From Candidatus Nomurabacteria bacterium (GTDB lineage Bacteria; Patescibacteriota; Minisyncoccia; Phycocordibacterales; UBA2100): a DNA stretch of 33,090 nucleotides. Under the pieces are notes generated by a model. That model worked only from the letters and a program-made list of their open reading frames with translations, had not been told where the DNA came from and made no database searches. The position numbers and the translations under genes were made by a program. Shown here piece after piece: positions 24,842 to 33,090 of this stretch (the first letter of the stretch is position 1; each line of letters begins with the position of its first letter). The DNA lies in the NCBI GenBank assembly GCA_943359705.1, contig CALRIB010000002.1, forward strand, positions 1-33,090, written 5' to 3'.

Positions 24842-26200
24842 TTAAATCGTAAGGTCAACCGTCACCGAATCCGTCACATGTCTTCCGTCGGCGGTGAGGC
24901 AGGAGATGCTGAAGACGGTCGAACCGGTGAGCGGCACCGTGGAAGCACCGCCGGAGAGAGAGTTCTCATTGAAGCTTCCGTCAGGCGAAGTCTCTTTGCA
25001 CGAGACCACTCCCTGTGTGTTCCAAAATACCGATGTGCGTGAACCAAGCGGCACCGACGCGGGCACAGCCCAGATGTCGGCCTCCGGCTCAACGGTGGAC
25101 GCGGCGGGCTGTGCGGGAGCCGGCGCGGCTGATGTCGGCGTCTTTTGTTGCACGATAACAGTCTGCGTGACCGGCGCGCTCGGCGGGGCAGGTCTTCCTA
25201 CGTCATACCCGCGCCATGCGCAGAGGCTGTCGAAAAATGCCGGAGGAATGACGAAGGAAACGACCGAGCCCGCCCATGGGCGACCGTGGCAGAGATCAGC
25301 CACGAGACCGGTCGGCTGAGAAGTGCCCATCGTGTCGCCGCCGTAGAAGCCCGCTATTTCAGTATTGCCCGCGGTATCGCGTGCGTTCGCAAGCACTGTT
25401 GCGCCTGAATTGGTCATGACGATGTTGCCTTTCGTTCCCGACTGCATGTCGGTCGCGAGCCCGCCTACATTTTTGAGCGGCAGTGTGGTGACATTCTGAT
25501 TTGTATTGACGGTAGTTGAAGTGTCCCCAGTTCCGCCACTCGTGTCAGTCGTCGTATTGCTGAGTATCTGGTCACTCACATTCGCAGGAGTGCCGCCAAA
25601 CGCATCAGTCAGAGAACTGCCCGCACCGCTGTTGAGCGCATTCAAAAGTGCGTCGCTTGCGGTACTCGTCGGTGCCGTGAGAAGACTGTTGGAAATCGGC
25701 GGCACGTAATAGGCGCACGGGTCGGTAGAAGGCGTCGTGACCTGATAGTACGCTGTGCAGCCGCACTTCCCTGTCGCGTCGGCCACTCCGCCGCTCGGGC
25801 AAGTGCTTCCGGGTGGAGTCGTCGGGGGAGGAGTGGAGGGCGGGCTGTCCTTCGGCTTCAACATATCCATGATGCTTTTCATCATGTCCATGAAACCTTT
25901 CATATCGCCTATTCCGCCTTTTTCGGTTCCGGTTCCCTCGCATTTGTTCGCACTAGCGCAGATGCCGATAACCTTCCCTCCTGGTGGCGTATCGAAGCAA
26001 ACACCAGGCGGACAGTTGGCTGTGTTTTTCCCCCCCGTACAACCACCCTTTCCGTCGGGGATTTGATTGCACATGCACTGCGCAAACCATGGATTGCACA
26101 TAGCGTTGGCTTTCGCGCTCATCGAGGCCTGAGCTGCGAACGGAGCAAGTAGTAGCAGCACGAGAGTAGATGCAAAAGCGAGGCGAGCACGATGCGTCAT
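24842..26200 (-). CDS. Cys-rich secreted/surface protein
   Basis: Signal peptide ending AQA, Cys-rich N-terminal domain, Pro/Thr linkers, C-terminal beta-sandwich-like domain. Start set at MTHRARL. Confidence 0.8.
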   Translation of the reverse strand: MTHRARLAFASTLVLLLLAPFAAQASMSAKANAMCNPWFAQCMCNQIPDGKGGCTGGKNTANCPPGVCFDTPPGGKVIGICASANKCEGTGTEKGGIGDMKGFMDMMKSIMDMLKPKDSPPSTPPPTTPPGSTCPSGGVADATGKCGCTAYYQVTTPSTDPCAYYVPPISNSLLTAPTSTASDALLNALNSGAGSSLTDAFGGTPANVSDQILSNTTTDTSGGTGDTSTTVNTNQNVTTLPLKNVGGLATDMQSGTKGNIVMTNSGATVLANARDTAGNTEIAGFYGGDTMGTSQPTGLVADLCHGRPWAGSVVSFVIPPAFFDSLCAWRGYDVGRPAPPSAPVTQTVIVQQKTPTSAAPAPAQPAASTVEPEADIWAVPASVPLGSRTSVFWNTQGVVSCKETSPDGSFNENSLSGGASTVPLTGSTVFSISCLTADGRHVTDSVTVDLTI

Positions 26201-26260
26201 GATGACAATGCTACCGCACACGAGTGATTCCGCAATGCGGTTTTTCACAATTCCTGTGTA

Positions 26261-26890
26261 TCAATGATTTTCGAGCAAAAAACGCTCTAATTCGTACTCC
26301 AATTCGACTCCATTGCGCCTTGCCTCATGGGGTAATTCGGCGAGCTGCGCTACGAGTTTTCTCGAACGAACATCTTCCCGCGACAGCATCGCTTGCTTCG
26401 CCGCCCAGAAAAGTACGCCGTGGATAGCCTCCGGCGCATCGTCGCGTGCGAGTGCGCGTTGGTAGCCCACCCACAAAGCCTTTTTGTCGGCGCGTTTTAG
26501 GGCATTTGCCATCTCAAATATCCCGCCGTCTTCACGCTTCTCCTTCGCGGAATCGAAGCGCTCGGAATTTTCGGCATACTTCTCCAATTGCTTGCGTGTC
26601 GCAGCGTCCGGCTTTTCTTCGAATACAAAAAAGTTCTCGTCAGTATCCTTGATGCGCGGCAACGCCTCCAAGAAAATCGCCCGCATTTCCTCGTTGGACA
26701 GAACCCCTTCGAAGACAACGACGCGGTCGCCGCCGAACATCCCGCCGCCCTGGAGCGCGCCCTGTAAATCGGCGACCGAGTTGGCGTCCGAGATACGAAC
26801 AACGACCCCCTTCTTACTCACCTTCGCGATGGCCTTGTTCAGTTCCGCGCGCGCCTTCTCCCTATCAGTACCGGTGAATAGGTACAACAT
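26261..26890 (-). CDS. Shortened DNA polymerase III delta subunit (HolA-like)
   Basis: MLYLFTGTD, GMFGGDRVVV, IFEMANAL..DKKALW, PEAIHGVLFW; directly after polA. Confidence 0.65.
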   Translation of the reverse strand: MLYLFTGTDREKARAELNKAIAKVSKKGVVVRISDANSVADLQGALQGGGMFGGDRVVVFEGVLSNEEMRAIFLEALPRIKDTDENFFVFEEKPDAATRKQLEKYAENSERFDSAKEKREDGGIFEMANALKRADKKALWVGYQRALARDDAPEAIHGVLFWAAKQAMLSREDVRSRKLVAQLAELPHEARRNGVELEYELERFLLENH

Positions 26891-26891
26891 A

Positions 26892-29279
26892 CTATCGAGG
26901 GATTCGTTTGGTCTCGCCCCAATTCTTCCCTATCGAAATTTCCGCAACGATGGGCACTCCGCGTAATTGTTTTGCGTCGATTACAGATTCCATGATGCGG
27001 CGCAATTCACGGGCGATTTTCTCCGCTTCTTTCTCGTCGAGTTCGTACACCAGTTCGTCGTGCACCTGCAAGAGAAGTTCGGCCTTTTTCTCCCAGCCCT
27101 CCTTTTTGATGAACGCATCCGCCTCCGCCATCGCAAGCTTGATGATGTCGGATTGCGTCCCCTGCATCGGCGCATTGATGGCCATGCGCTCCGCTTGTGC
27201 ACGCATGTTGGGCATCGCCGATTTGAGAGCAGGAAAATAGCGACGGCGACCGAAAATCGTCTCGGTGTAGCCGAGCTTGGTAGCTTCTGCTTTCGTCTTT
27301 TCGACGTATTCCGCAAGGCCGGAGAATTTTTTGAAATAGTCGTCGAGGAATTTCTGCGCCTCGTCGCGCGTCACACTGCCGCCGAGATTTGCGCGGAGTG
27401 CATTCACGCCCATGCCGTAGAGAATGCCGAAGTTGATGACCTTGGCGCGGCGGCGCATTTCGTAGTCCACCTTTTCGGGCGGCACGCCGAAAACTTCAGA
27501 GGCCACGGCAGTGTGCACGTCGCCGCCGCTTTTGAACACTTCAATGAGTTTTTTGTCGCCCGAAAGACCTGCCGCGATTCGCAGCTCTATCTGCGAGTAG
27601 TCAATCGCCGCGAAGACCTTGCCCTTCGAGGCGGCAAATGCGCGGCGGATACGCTTGCCGTTCTCGGTCTTCACCGGAATATTTTGGAGATTCGGATTCT
27701 GACACCCCATTCGCCCGGTGGTGGTCCCTGTCTGCAAAAATTCGGCATGGAGACGGCCGTCGGGCGCGATGAGCGCGGGCATTTTCTCGATATAGGTGGA
27801 GAGAAGTTTCTGCAGTTCGCGGTATGCGAGCACTTCATCGATGATCGGGTGCAGAGACGAGAGTTTTACGAGCTCATCTTCCCGCGTCGTGCGTGCGCCG
27901 CCCGCCGTTTTCTTCTGTTTCTCGGGCAAAATTTTTAGTTCGTCGTAGAGCACGACGCCGAGTTGTTTGGGCGAGTTGATATTGAATTCGTGACCCGCGT
28001 GCGCGAAGATTCTGCCCGCGATTTTTCCAAGCTCCGTTGAATATTCTTTGGAAAGGCTTTTGAGATACGCGGTGTCCACAAAAATCCCCACCTCGTGCAT
28101 TCGCTCCACTATTCCGATAAGCGGCTTTTCTATTTTTTCGTACACGTCCTGCAGTCTTCCTGTTTTCTTCAGCGCCGCGAAGATAAACTCTCGCGCTTTT
28201 TCAAAATCCTGTGCGCCGGCGTACCGCAAAATCTCTTCGAGCGATGGGTTGGTCGTGTCTGAATGCAAAAGCCACAGCGCCACCGCGGTCTCCTTCAATA
28301 CTTGCTCGTCGGGTGCAGCGGCTTCCGGCTCCGCTTCGTACGGCTCGTCGAATGCTTCCGCCGCCACGCGGCTGATGCGTTCCTTGAGCGAACGGAATTC
28401 GAGCTCATCACACATCGCAACAGCGGTAGCCGCGTGGTCTTGAATTCTCCAATGGTGGTCGGGCAATTCGAATTTGATGGGCACGTCAGTGCGAATAGTC
28501 GCTAGCACTTTCGAAAGTGTCGCGCTCTCGCGGCCGGTCTTCAAGAGCTCCACGATCCGCGGCTTCACATCTTTGGCAAACGCGTCCGGCTCCGTGTCGA
28601 GCGACTCGTATATTTTTTCTATCGGTCCGAAACCGTCGATGAGCTCCGTCGCGGTTTTCTCGCCGATGCCGCGCACACCGATAATCCCGTCCGAAGGGTC
28701 ACCGCGAAGCGCTTTGTAATCGACGATATGTTCGGGCCCAAAACCGTAGCGCTCTCGCACGCGGTCTTCGTCGTACAAAACCGTGTCGTTCAAACCTTTG
28801 CGGAGCGTGTACACCTGCACGTGCTTCCCTTCTACGAGCTGCAACATGTCCGCATCTCCCGAGGCAATGACGACGTCGACGCCCTCCGTCTCTGCCGCCT
28901 GCTTCACGATAGAGCCCACGATGTCGTCAGCCTCAAACCCCACGGCTTCGTACACGGGAATGCCGAATGCTTCAAACACTTTCGGCGCGCGCTTGAGCTG
29001 CTCGATAAGTTCGTCATCGGCTTTCACGCGCTTCGCTTTGTATTCTTCAAACAATTCATGGCGCACCGTCGGCCCCGGCAAATCGCGCGCGGCGACGATG
29101 TAATCGGGCTCAAGGTCGTCGATGAGTTTCAACACCATCGACACGAGTCCGTAGAGCGCTCCCGTCGGCTCGCCTTTCGACGATGAAAAGTCGGGTATCG
29201 CGTGGTATGCCCGATGCAAAATGGCGTGCGAGTCGAGTATCACAAGCCGCTGCGCTTTCGACGTTTTTTTCTTCGCCAT
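26892..29279 (-). CDS. polA: DNA polymerase I (5'-3' exonuclease plus polymerase; proofreading domain largely absent)
   Basis: LHRAYHA, FEADD, LRGDPSD; TTTGR..NPNLQNIP, DYSQIELR, RRRAKVINFGILYG, LQVHDEL. Confidence 0.97.
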   Translation of the reverse strand: MAKKKTSKAQRLVILDSHAILHRAYHAIPDFSSSKGEPTGALYGLVSMVLKLIDDLEPDYIVAARDLPGPTVRHELFEEYKAKRVKADDELIEQLKRAPKVFEAFGIPVYEAVGFEADDIVGSIVKQAAETEGVDVVIASGDADMLQLVEGKHVQVYTLRKGLNDTVLYDEDRVRERYGFGPEHIVDYKALRGDPSDGIIGVRGIGEKTATELIDGFGPIEKIYESLDTEPDAFAKDVKPRIVELLKTGRESATLSKVLATIRTDVPIKFELPDHHWRIQDHAATAVAMCDELEFRSLKERISRVAAEAFDEPYEAEPEAAAPDEQVLKETAVALWLLHSDTTNPSLEEILRYAGAQDFEKAREFIFAALKKTGRLQDVYEKIEKPLIGIVERMHEVGIFVDTAYLKSLSKEYSTELGKIAGRIFAHAGHEFNINSPKQLGVVLYDELKILPEKQKKTAGGARTTREDELVKLSSLHPIIDEVLAYRELQKLLSTYIEKMPALIAPDGRLHAEFLQTGTTTGRMGCQNPNLQNIPVKTENGKRIRRAFAASKGKVFAAIDYSQIELRIAAGLSGDKKLIEVFKSGGDVHTAVASEVFGVPPEKVDYEMRRRAKVINFGILYGMGVNALRANLGGSVTRDEAQKFLDDYFKKFSGLAEYVEKTKAEATKLGYTETIFGRRRYFPALKSAMPNMRAQAERMAINAPMQGTQSDIIKLAMAEADAFIKKEGWEKKAELLLQVHDELVYELDEKEAEKIARELRRIMESVIDAKQLRGVPIVAEISIGKNWGETKRIPR

Positions 29280-29336
29280 TACCGATGATGATACCCTTCC
29301 GGTTTTTAATGTCGAACAGGATAAAACTTACATAAC

Positions 29337-29365
29337 AAAAGCCCTCGTCAAAAAATGACAAGGGC
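29337..29365 (-). terminator. Intrinsic terminator downstream of the 29495-30025 gene
   Basis: Minus strand GCCCTTGTCA-loop-TGACGAGGGC followed by TTTTGTT. Confidence 0.65.
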
Positions 29366-29494
29366 CCATCAAGATGCCGGCGGATCCGGAGAGACCGAAT
29401 GTCTCGAGCGATGCTCCATCTTGTAGAAAGATCAAACAGCCGGGAAACCTTGGCGGGGGTGTCCATGACACCCCCGCCGCGGCCCCAGAATCGG

Positions 29495-30025
29495 TTATTT
29501 CGTCGTAGTGGCGGACGAAAGCGCCGGTGTCGGTTTCGCAGTACCTTTCGGCATCTGCGCATCTGGGTTCGACTTCGCACCACCCACAAACTTAATTGCG
29601 AACTTTTGCTTGATGATGATGCCGTCGGGCACCACTTCTCGCGCGCGCTCATTGATGAGCTGTTCGCAAAGAGATTTGAGGGGATTCTTAGGCGAATCCG
29701 ACAAGGGGAGCGCGATACGCTCCGACTTCAATGCAATCGCCTGCATGACGACATTGGACAAAGTGCGGCGGACATGGCCGAGCTTCAGGAAATTCTCAGG
29801 CGTCGGGTCATCCCCGTCGACTAAGAGCTTCACGTAAGCGTTGGCCAGAGTCTTCGCAAACTCCGTCTCTTTGGGCGTGGACAAATTGAATCCGCGCACC
29901 TCGATGCCGTCACACAGCTGTTCTTCGACTTGCTTCCGCGCCACGCGGAAGAACCCAAAAAACCCTCTCCGCTTTGCGGGAGTCGCATTTGAAGTGGAAG
30001 TAATCGCCTTGTTGTCATTCTTCAT
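29495..30025 (-). CDS. Hypothetical protein (176 aa), no family recognised
   Basis: ORF starting MKNDNK with GGAG 7 nt upstream; has its own promoter and terminator. Confidence 0.6.
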   Translation of the reverse strand: MKNDNKAITSTSNATPAKRRGFFGFFRVARKQVEEQLCDGIEVRGFNLSTPKETEFAKTLANAYVKLLVDGDDPTPENFLKLGHVRRTLSNVVMQAIALKSERIALPLSDSPKNPLKSLCEQLINERAREVVPDGIIIKQKFAIKFVGGAKSNPDAQMPKGTAKPTPALSSATTTK

Positions 30026-30139
30026 GACTTTTCTCCAGCGCACATCTACAGGGGTTACCCCGGGTGCGCCTGCCAGGGCAACTCACTACGCTCGAAAAGC
30101 GCACTGAGTTGCCCTGATTTCTGGCTGTAAACTTTATAG

Positions 30140-30168
30140 AGTATAGCACTAAATGGGAGATAAGTCAA
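30140..30168 (-). promoter_or_regulatory. Sigma-70-type promoter
   Basis: TTGACT-17 nt-TATACT with extended TG. Confidence 0.7.
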
Positions 30169-30237
30169 GGGCTTAAAAAGCCCACCCCCAGGCCACGAAA
30201 CAGCCCCCTCCCCCACGGGTGCGATACAATAGAAAGA

Positions 30238-31932
30238 ATGACGACGCAGTTCAACGACAAGAAACAGGACGAGCGGCTGCACGAGCTGCATGTCAAAGAG
30301 GAGGAACAGCTGGCGGAAATGCTCGCGCAGAAGTACGGCGTCGAGTACGTCGACCTCACTTCCAAATCAATCGACACCGACGCACTGCGCCTCATCTCGC
30401 AGGCCGAGTCGGAGGCGAGTGAAGTGGCGGCCTTTCGAAAGATAAACAAAAAAATATTCGTCGGCATGCGGTCGCCCGAACGCGACGATTCCCTCAAGTC
30501 GATACAAACGCTTGAACACCTCGGCTACCAGGTGCAGCGCTTCATCGTCTCGCACGCTTCCCTCGTGCATGCGTGGGATAGATATCACGACCTCTCGTAC
30601 GCGACCGAGACAGAAGCCGGCGTGCTCACACTTTCCAACGAAGTTATCCAGCAGATGTTGCAGAAATTGAAGGCGCTCGAAGACGTGCGCACCGAGATCG
30701 GGGGCTTCTCTACGAGCAAAGACACGCACCGCATCTCGCGCATCTTGGAAGTCATCATGGCCGGCGCGCTTAGCTTAGGTGCCTCCGACGTGCACATGGA
30801 ACCGGAAGAAGAGGGTGTGCGCATGCGGTATCGTCTCGACGGTGTGCTCATCGAAGTCTTGATATTCGACGCCGTCACCTACGGCCTCATTTCCTCGCGT
30901 ATCAAATTGCTCTCCGGCCTCAAGCTCAACATAAAAAACGCCGCGCAAGACGGACGCTTTTCGATTCAAGTGAGCGAGAAAGAAATTGAAATACGTACTT
31001 CTATTCTTCCCGGCGCGTACGCGGAAACTATCGTGATGCGTATTTTGGACCCGACCACCATCGCACTTCCCATGGAGCGCCTAGGTTTTGATAAATATCT
31101 GATGGATATTTTCAATATCGAAATCGCAAAGCCAAACGGCATGATACTGAACACCGGCCCCACCGGCTCGGGTAAAACGACGACGCTGTACGCCTTCCTA
31201 AGGCAGGTCGCCAACCCCGGTATCAAAGTGGTCACTATCGAAGACCCTATCGAATATCACCTGCCCGGCATCGTGCAAACGCAAGTTTCCAAAGACTACA
31301 CTTTTGCCGAAGGCCTCCGCTCCACTCTCCGCCAAGACCCCGACGTCATCATGGTGGGTGAAATTCGCGACGCCGAAGTGGCTTCCACTGCCATCAACGC
31401 GTCACTAACTGGGCACTTGGTATTTTCTACGCTTCACACCAACGACGCCGGCGGCACCTTCCCCCGCCTCATCGACATGGGTGTGAACGCTGACATCTTG
31501 GGCGCCGCGGTCACAACGGCGATGGCACAACGCCTCGTACGACGCCTCTGCCCGCACTGCCGCGAGGAAAAAATAATGGATGATGCAGAAAAAGCGCTGA
31601 TGGCACCGCTGCTCGCCAGCATCCCCCATCCCGAGGAAGTCCCCCCAAACAGAGACAAGATGTGGATAGCAAAAGGTTGCGCAAAATGCGGCGGCATCGG
31701 GTACAAAGGCCGCATCGCGGTCGTGGAAGTTATTCTCATGGACAAAGAAGTGGAAGAGTGTGTGCGCCATACCTCATCCGAGCGCGACATTTGGCACGCC
31801 GCCAAGCACCAAAAAATCCGCCGCATGTCGCAGGACGGCGCCGTGAAAGTGTTGCAAGGCGTTACCACCCTCGACGAACTCGGCCGTGTCGTCGACCTCC
31901 ACGACGAAGTGATGTTGGAAACTATTTCGTAG
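30238..31932 (+). CDS. GspE/PilB-family pilus assembly ATPase
   Basis: ASDVHMEP, QDGRF, Walker A GPTGSGKTT, TIEDPIEY, LRQDPDVIMVGEIRD, TGHLVFSTLHTN, CxxC..CxxC. Confidence 0.95.
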   Translation: MTTQFNDKKQDERLHELHVKEEEQLAEMLAQKYGVEYVDLTSKSIDTDALRLISQAESEASEVAAFRKINKKIFVGMRSPERDDSLKSIQTLEHLGYQVQRFIVSHASLVHAWDRYHDLSYATETEAGVLTLSNEVIQQMLQKLKALEDVRTEIGGFSTSKDTHRISRILEVIMAGALSLGASDVHMEPEEEGVRMRYRLDGVLIEVLIFDAVTYGLISSRIKLLSGLKLNIKNAAQDGRFSIQVSEKEIEIRTSILPGAYAETIVMRILDPTTIALPMERLGFDKYLMDIFNIEIAKPNGMILNTGPTGSGKTTTLYAFLRQVANPGIKVVTIEDPIEYHLPGIVQTQVSKDYTFAEGLRSTLRQDPDVIMVGEIRDAEVASTAINASLTGHLVFSTLHTNDAGGTFPRLIDMGVNADILGAAVTTAMAQRLVRRLCPHCREEKIMDDAEKALMAPLLASIPHPEEVPPNRDKMWIAKGCAKCGGIGYKGRIAVVEVILMDKEVEECVRHTSSERDIWHAAKHQKIRRMSQDGAVKVLQGVTTLDELGRVVDLHDEVMLETIS

Positions 31933-31947
31933 CTCGCGTTAGACCAC

Positions 31948-32183
31948 AAAACCCCGTTGCGGGTATGCAACGGGGTGATATGTTTGAAATAGGAAAACGG
32001 AGGCAGGATTATCCGAGCGATACTTTCGATGAGGAAAGCTGCAACGTGGATCTAAGGATAGAGGTAGCCGAAACCACCTCGTCCTCGAAAAAGTCACTAT
32101 CGCTCGGAAAATCACGCCTCCGTCTTTGCCCTGCATAGCTTTGCGCGACACGGGGTTGATGTAAAAACTGAGATTCTTAGCCA
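31948..32183 (-). ncRNA. Candidate 6S RNA-like rod-shaped non-coding RNA
   Basis: Own promoter, long imperfect inverted repeat with a central unpaired region, and a terminator-like hairpin (31951-31976) followed by TTTT. Confidence 0.5.
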
Positions 32184-32189
32184 GAGGAG

Positions 32190-32217
32190 AGTATAGCACG
32201 TTACGCATTAATGTCAA
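32190..32217 (-). promoter_or_regulatory. Near-consensus sigma-70 promoter driving the candidate ncRNA
   Basis: TTGACA-16 nt-TATACT with extended TG. Confidence 0.7.
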
Positions 32218-32267
32218 GAGTCCGAGCCTTCGCTCCCCGCTTCGGCGGCGCAGTAAAGCCTCAATAT

Positions 32268-33090
32268 ATGACCGACAAAGAGCAAAAAACCTTCGAAAAG
32301 ACCCCCCGTTCCCTCGACCAGGCGCTCCGCCCTGATACCTGGAAAGAGTACGTAGGCCAGGAAGCCATCAAGGAGAACCTCCGCATCCTCCTCACCGCCG
32401 CCAAGGGGCGCAACCACCAGCCCGAGCACGTCCTTTTGTATGGACCGCCCGGATTGGGCAAGACGACCCTCGCACATCTAATGACGAAGGAGATAGGCGC
32501 CAACATGCGCGCCACTTCGGGCCCCGCCATCGAGCGCGTGGGCGACCTCGCCTCAATACTGACCAACCTCTCCCCCGGCGATGTTCTATTTATAGACGAG
32601 ATACATCGCCTCAATCGCACTATCGAAGAAGTGCTCTACCCCGCGATGGAGTCGGGCGTCTTGGACATCGTCATTGGCAAAGGGCCGAGCGCGCGCACTG
32701 TGCAACTTGAGCTTCCGCCTTTTACACTCATTGCGGCGACCACGAGAATTTCCATGCTCTCCGCGCCGCTGCGCTCTCGCTTTTCCGGCGGCACGTTCCG
32801 TTTGCAGTACTACACCGAGAATGAAATTGCGGAGATTTTGAAGCGCTCAGCAAAAATTCTGGGCATCGAAGTCGATGGCGCGTCGGTGCAAGAAATCGCA
32901 CGCCGCTCGCGTGCGACGCCGCGCACCGCCAACTACCTTTTGAAACGCGGACGCGACTTTGCGGCGGTGAGCGGAGAGAATTTGGATATCAAAACGGTGA
33001 AAAAAGCGCTCGCACTATTGGAGATAGACGAAGCGGGGCTCAACCAGACCGACCGCGACATCCTCGTTATCCTCGTCGAGAAATTCAATG
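32268..33090 (+). CDS. ruvB: Holliday junction branch migration helicase RuvB, 3'-truncated by the window edge
   Basis: LDQALRP...YVGQ, HVLLYGPPGLGKTTLA, TSGPAIE, FIDEIHRL, EEVLYPAME, PFTLIAATTR. Absent from the ORF track because there is no stop codon in the window. Confidence 0.96.
   Translation, partial: MTDKEQKTFEKTPRSLDQALRPDTWKEYVGQEAIKENLRILLTAAKGRNHQPEHVLLYGPPGLGKTTLAHLMTKEIGANMRATSGPAIERVGDLASILTNLSPGDVLFIDEIHRLNRTIEEVLYPAMESGVLDIVIGKGPSARTVQLELPPFTLIAATTRISMLSAPLRSRFSGGTFRLQYYTENEIAEILKRSAKILGIEVDGASVQEIARRSRATPRTANYLLKRGRDFAAVSGENLDIKTVKKALALLEIDEAGLNQTDRDILVILVEKFN

Noticed and set aside
26261..29279. Short polA and holA as pseudogenes
   Set aside because: Both frames are intact and the polA catalytic motifs are present; domain reduction fits a streamlined genome.
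31939..32217. 92-aa minus-strand ORF
   Set aside because: Its start lies within the -35 box, it has no protein motifs, and the region is better explained by RNA structure. A 65-aa internal ORF cannot be fully excluded.

Overview
A compact, gene-dense bacterial window whose gene content points to a Patescibacteria/CPR (Parcubacteria-like) genome (inference). Indicators are type IV pilus genes pilM/N/O, a pilin and a PilB/GspE ATPase, a shortened polA and holA, and many apparently leaderless genes. It holds housekeeping genes (rplS, rpsT, ruvA, ruvB, ruvX, murE, polA), an ECF sigma factor, riboflavin kinase and FAD synthase, two Cys-rich secreted proteins and seven tRNAs (His-GTG, Leu-GAG, Val-TAC, Arg-TCT, Ser-TGA, Arg-GCG, Lys-TTT), none with an encoded CCA. 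The most interesting signals are non-coding or tRNA-linked. (1) A covarying structured element occurs in four copies in the 3' trailers of tRNA-His (x2), tRNA-Val and tRNA-Lys; in three copies it is closed by an antisense/sense copy of the host tRNA T-arm. (2) Three free-standing homing-endonuclease-like genes (one LAGLIDADG, two HNH) each abut the 5' end of a tRNA. (3) A four-helix-bundle gene is bracketed by inverted heptamer-repeat tracts, with gene-less tracts elsewhere. (4) A promoter- and terminator-bounded rod-shaped RNA of about 200 nt is a 6S RNA candidate. All calls come from reading the sequence; no searches or folding programs were run.
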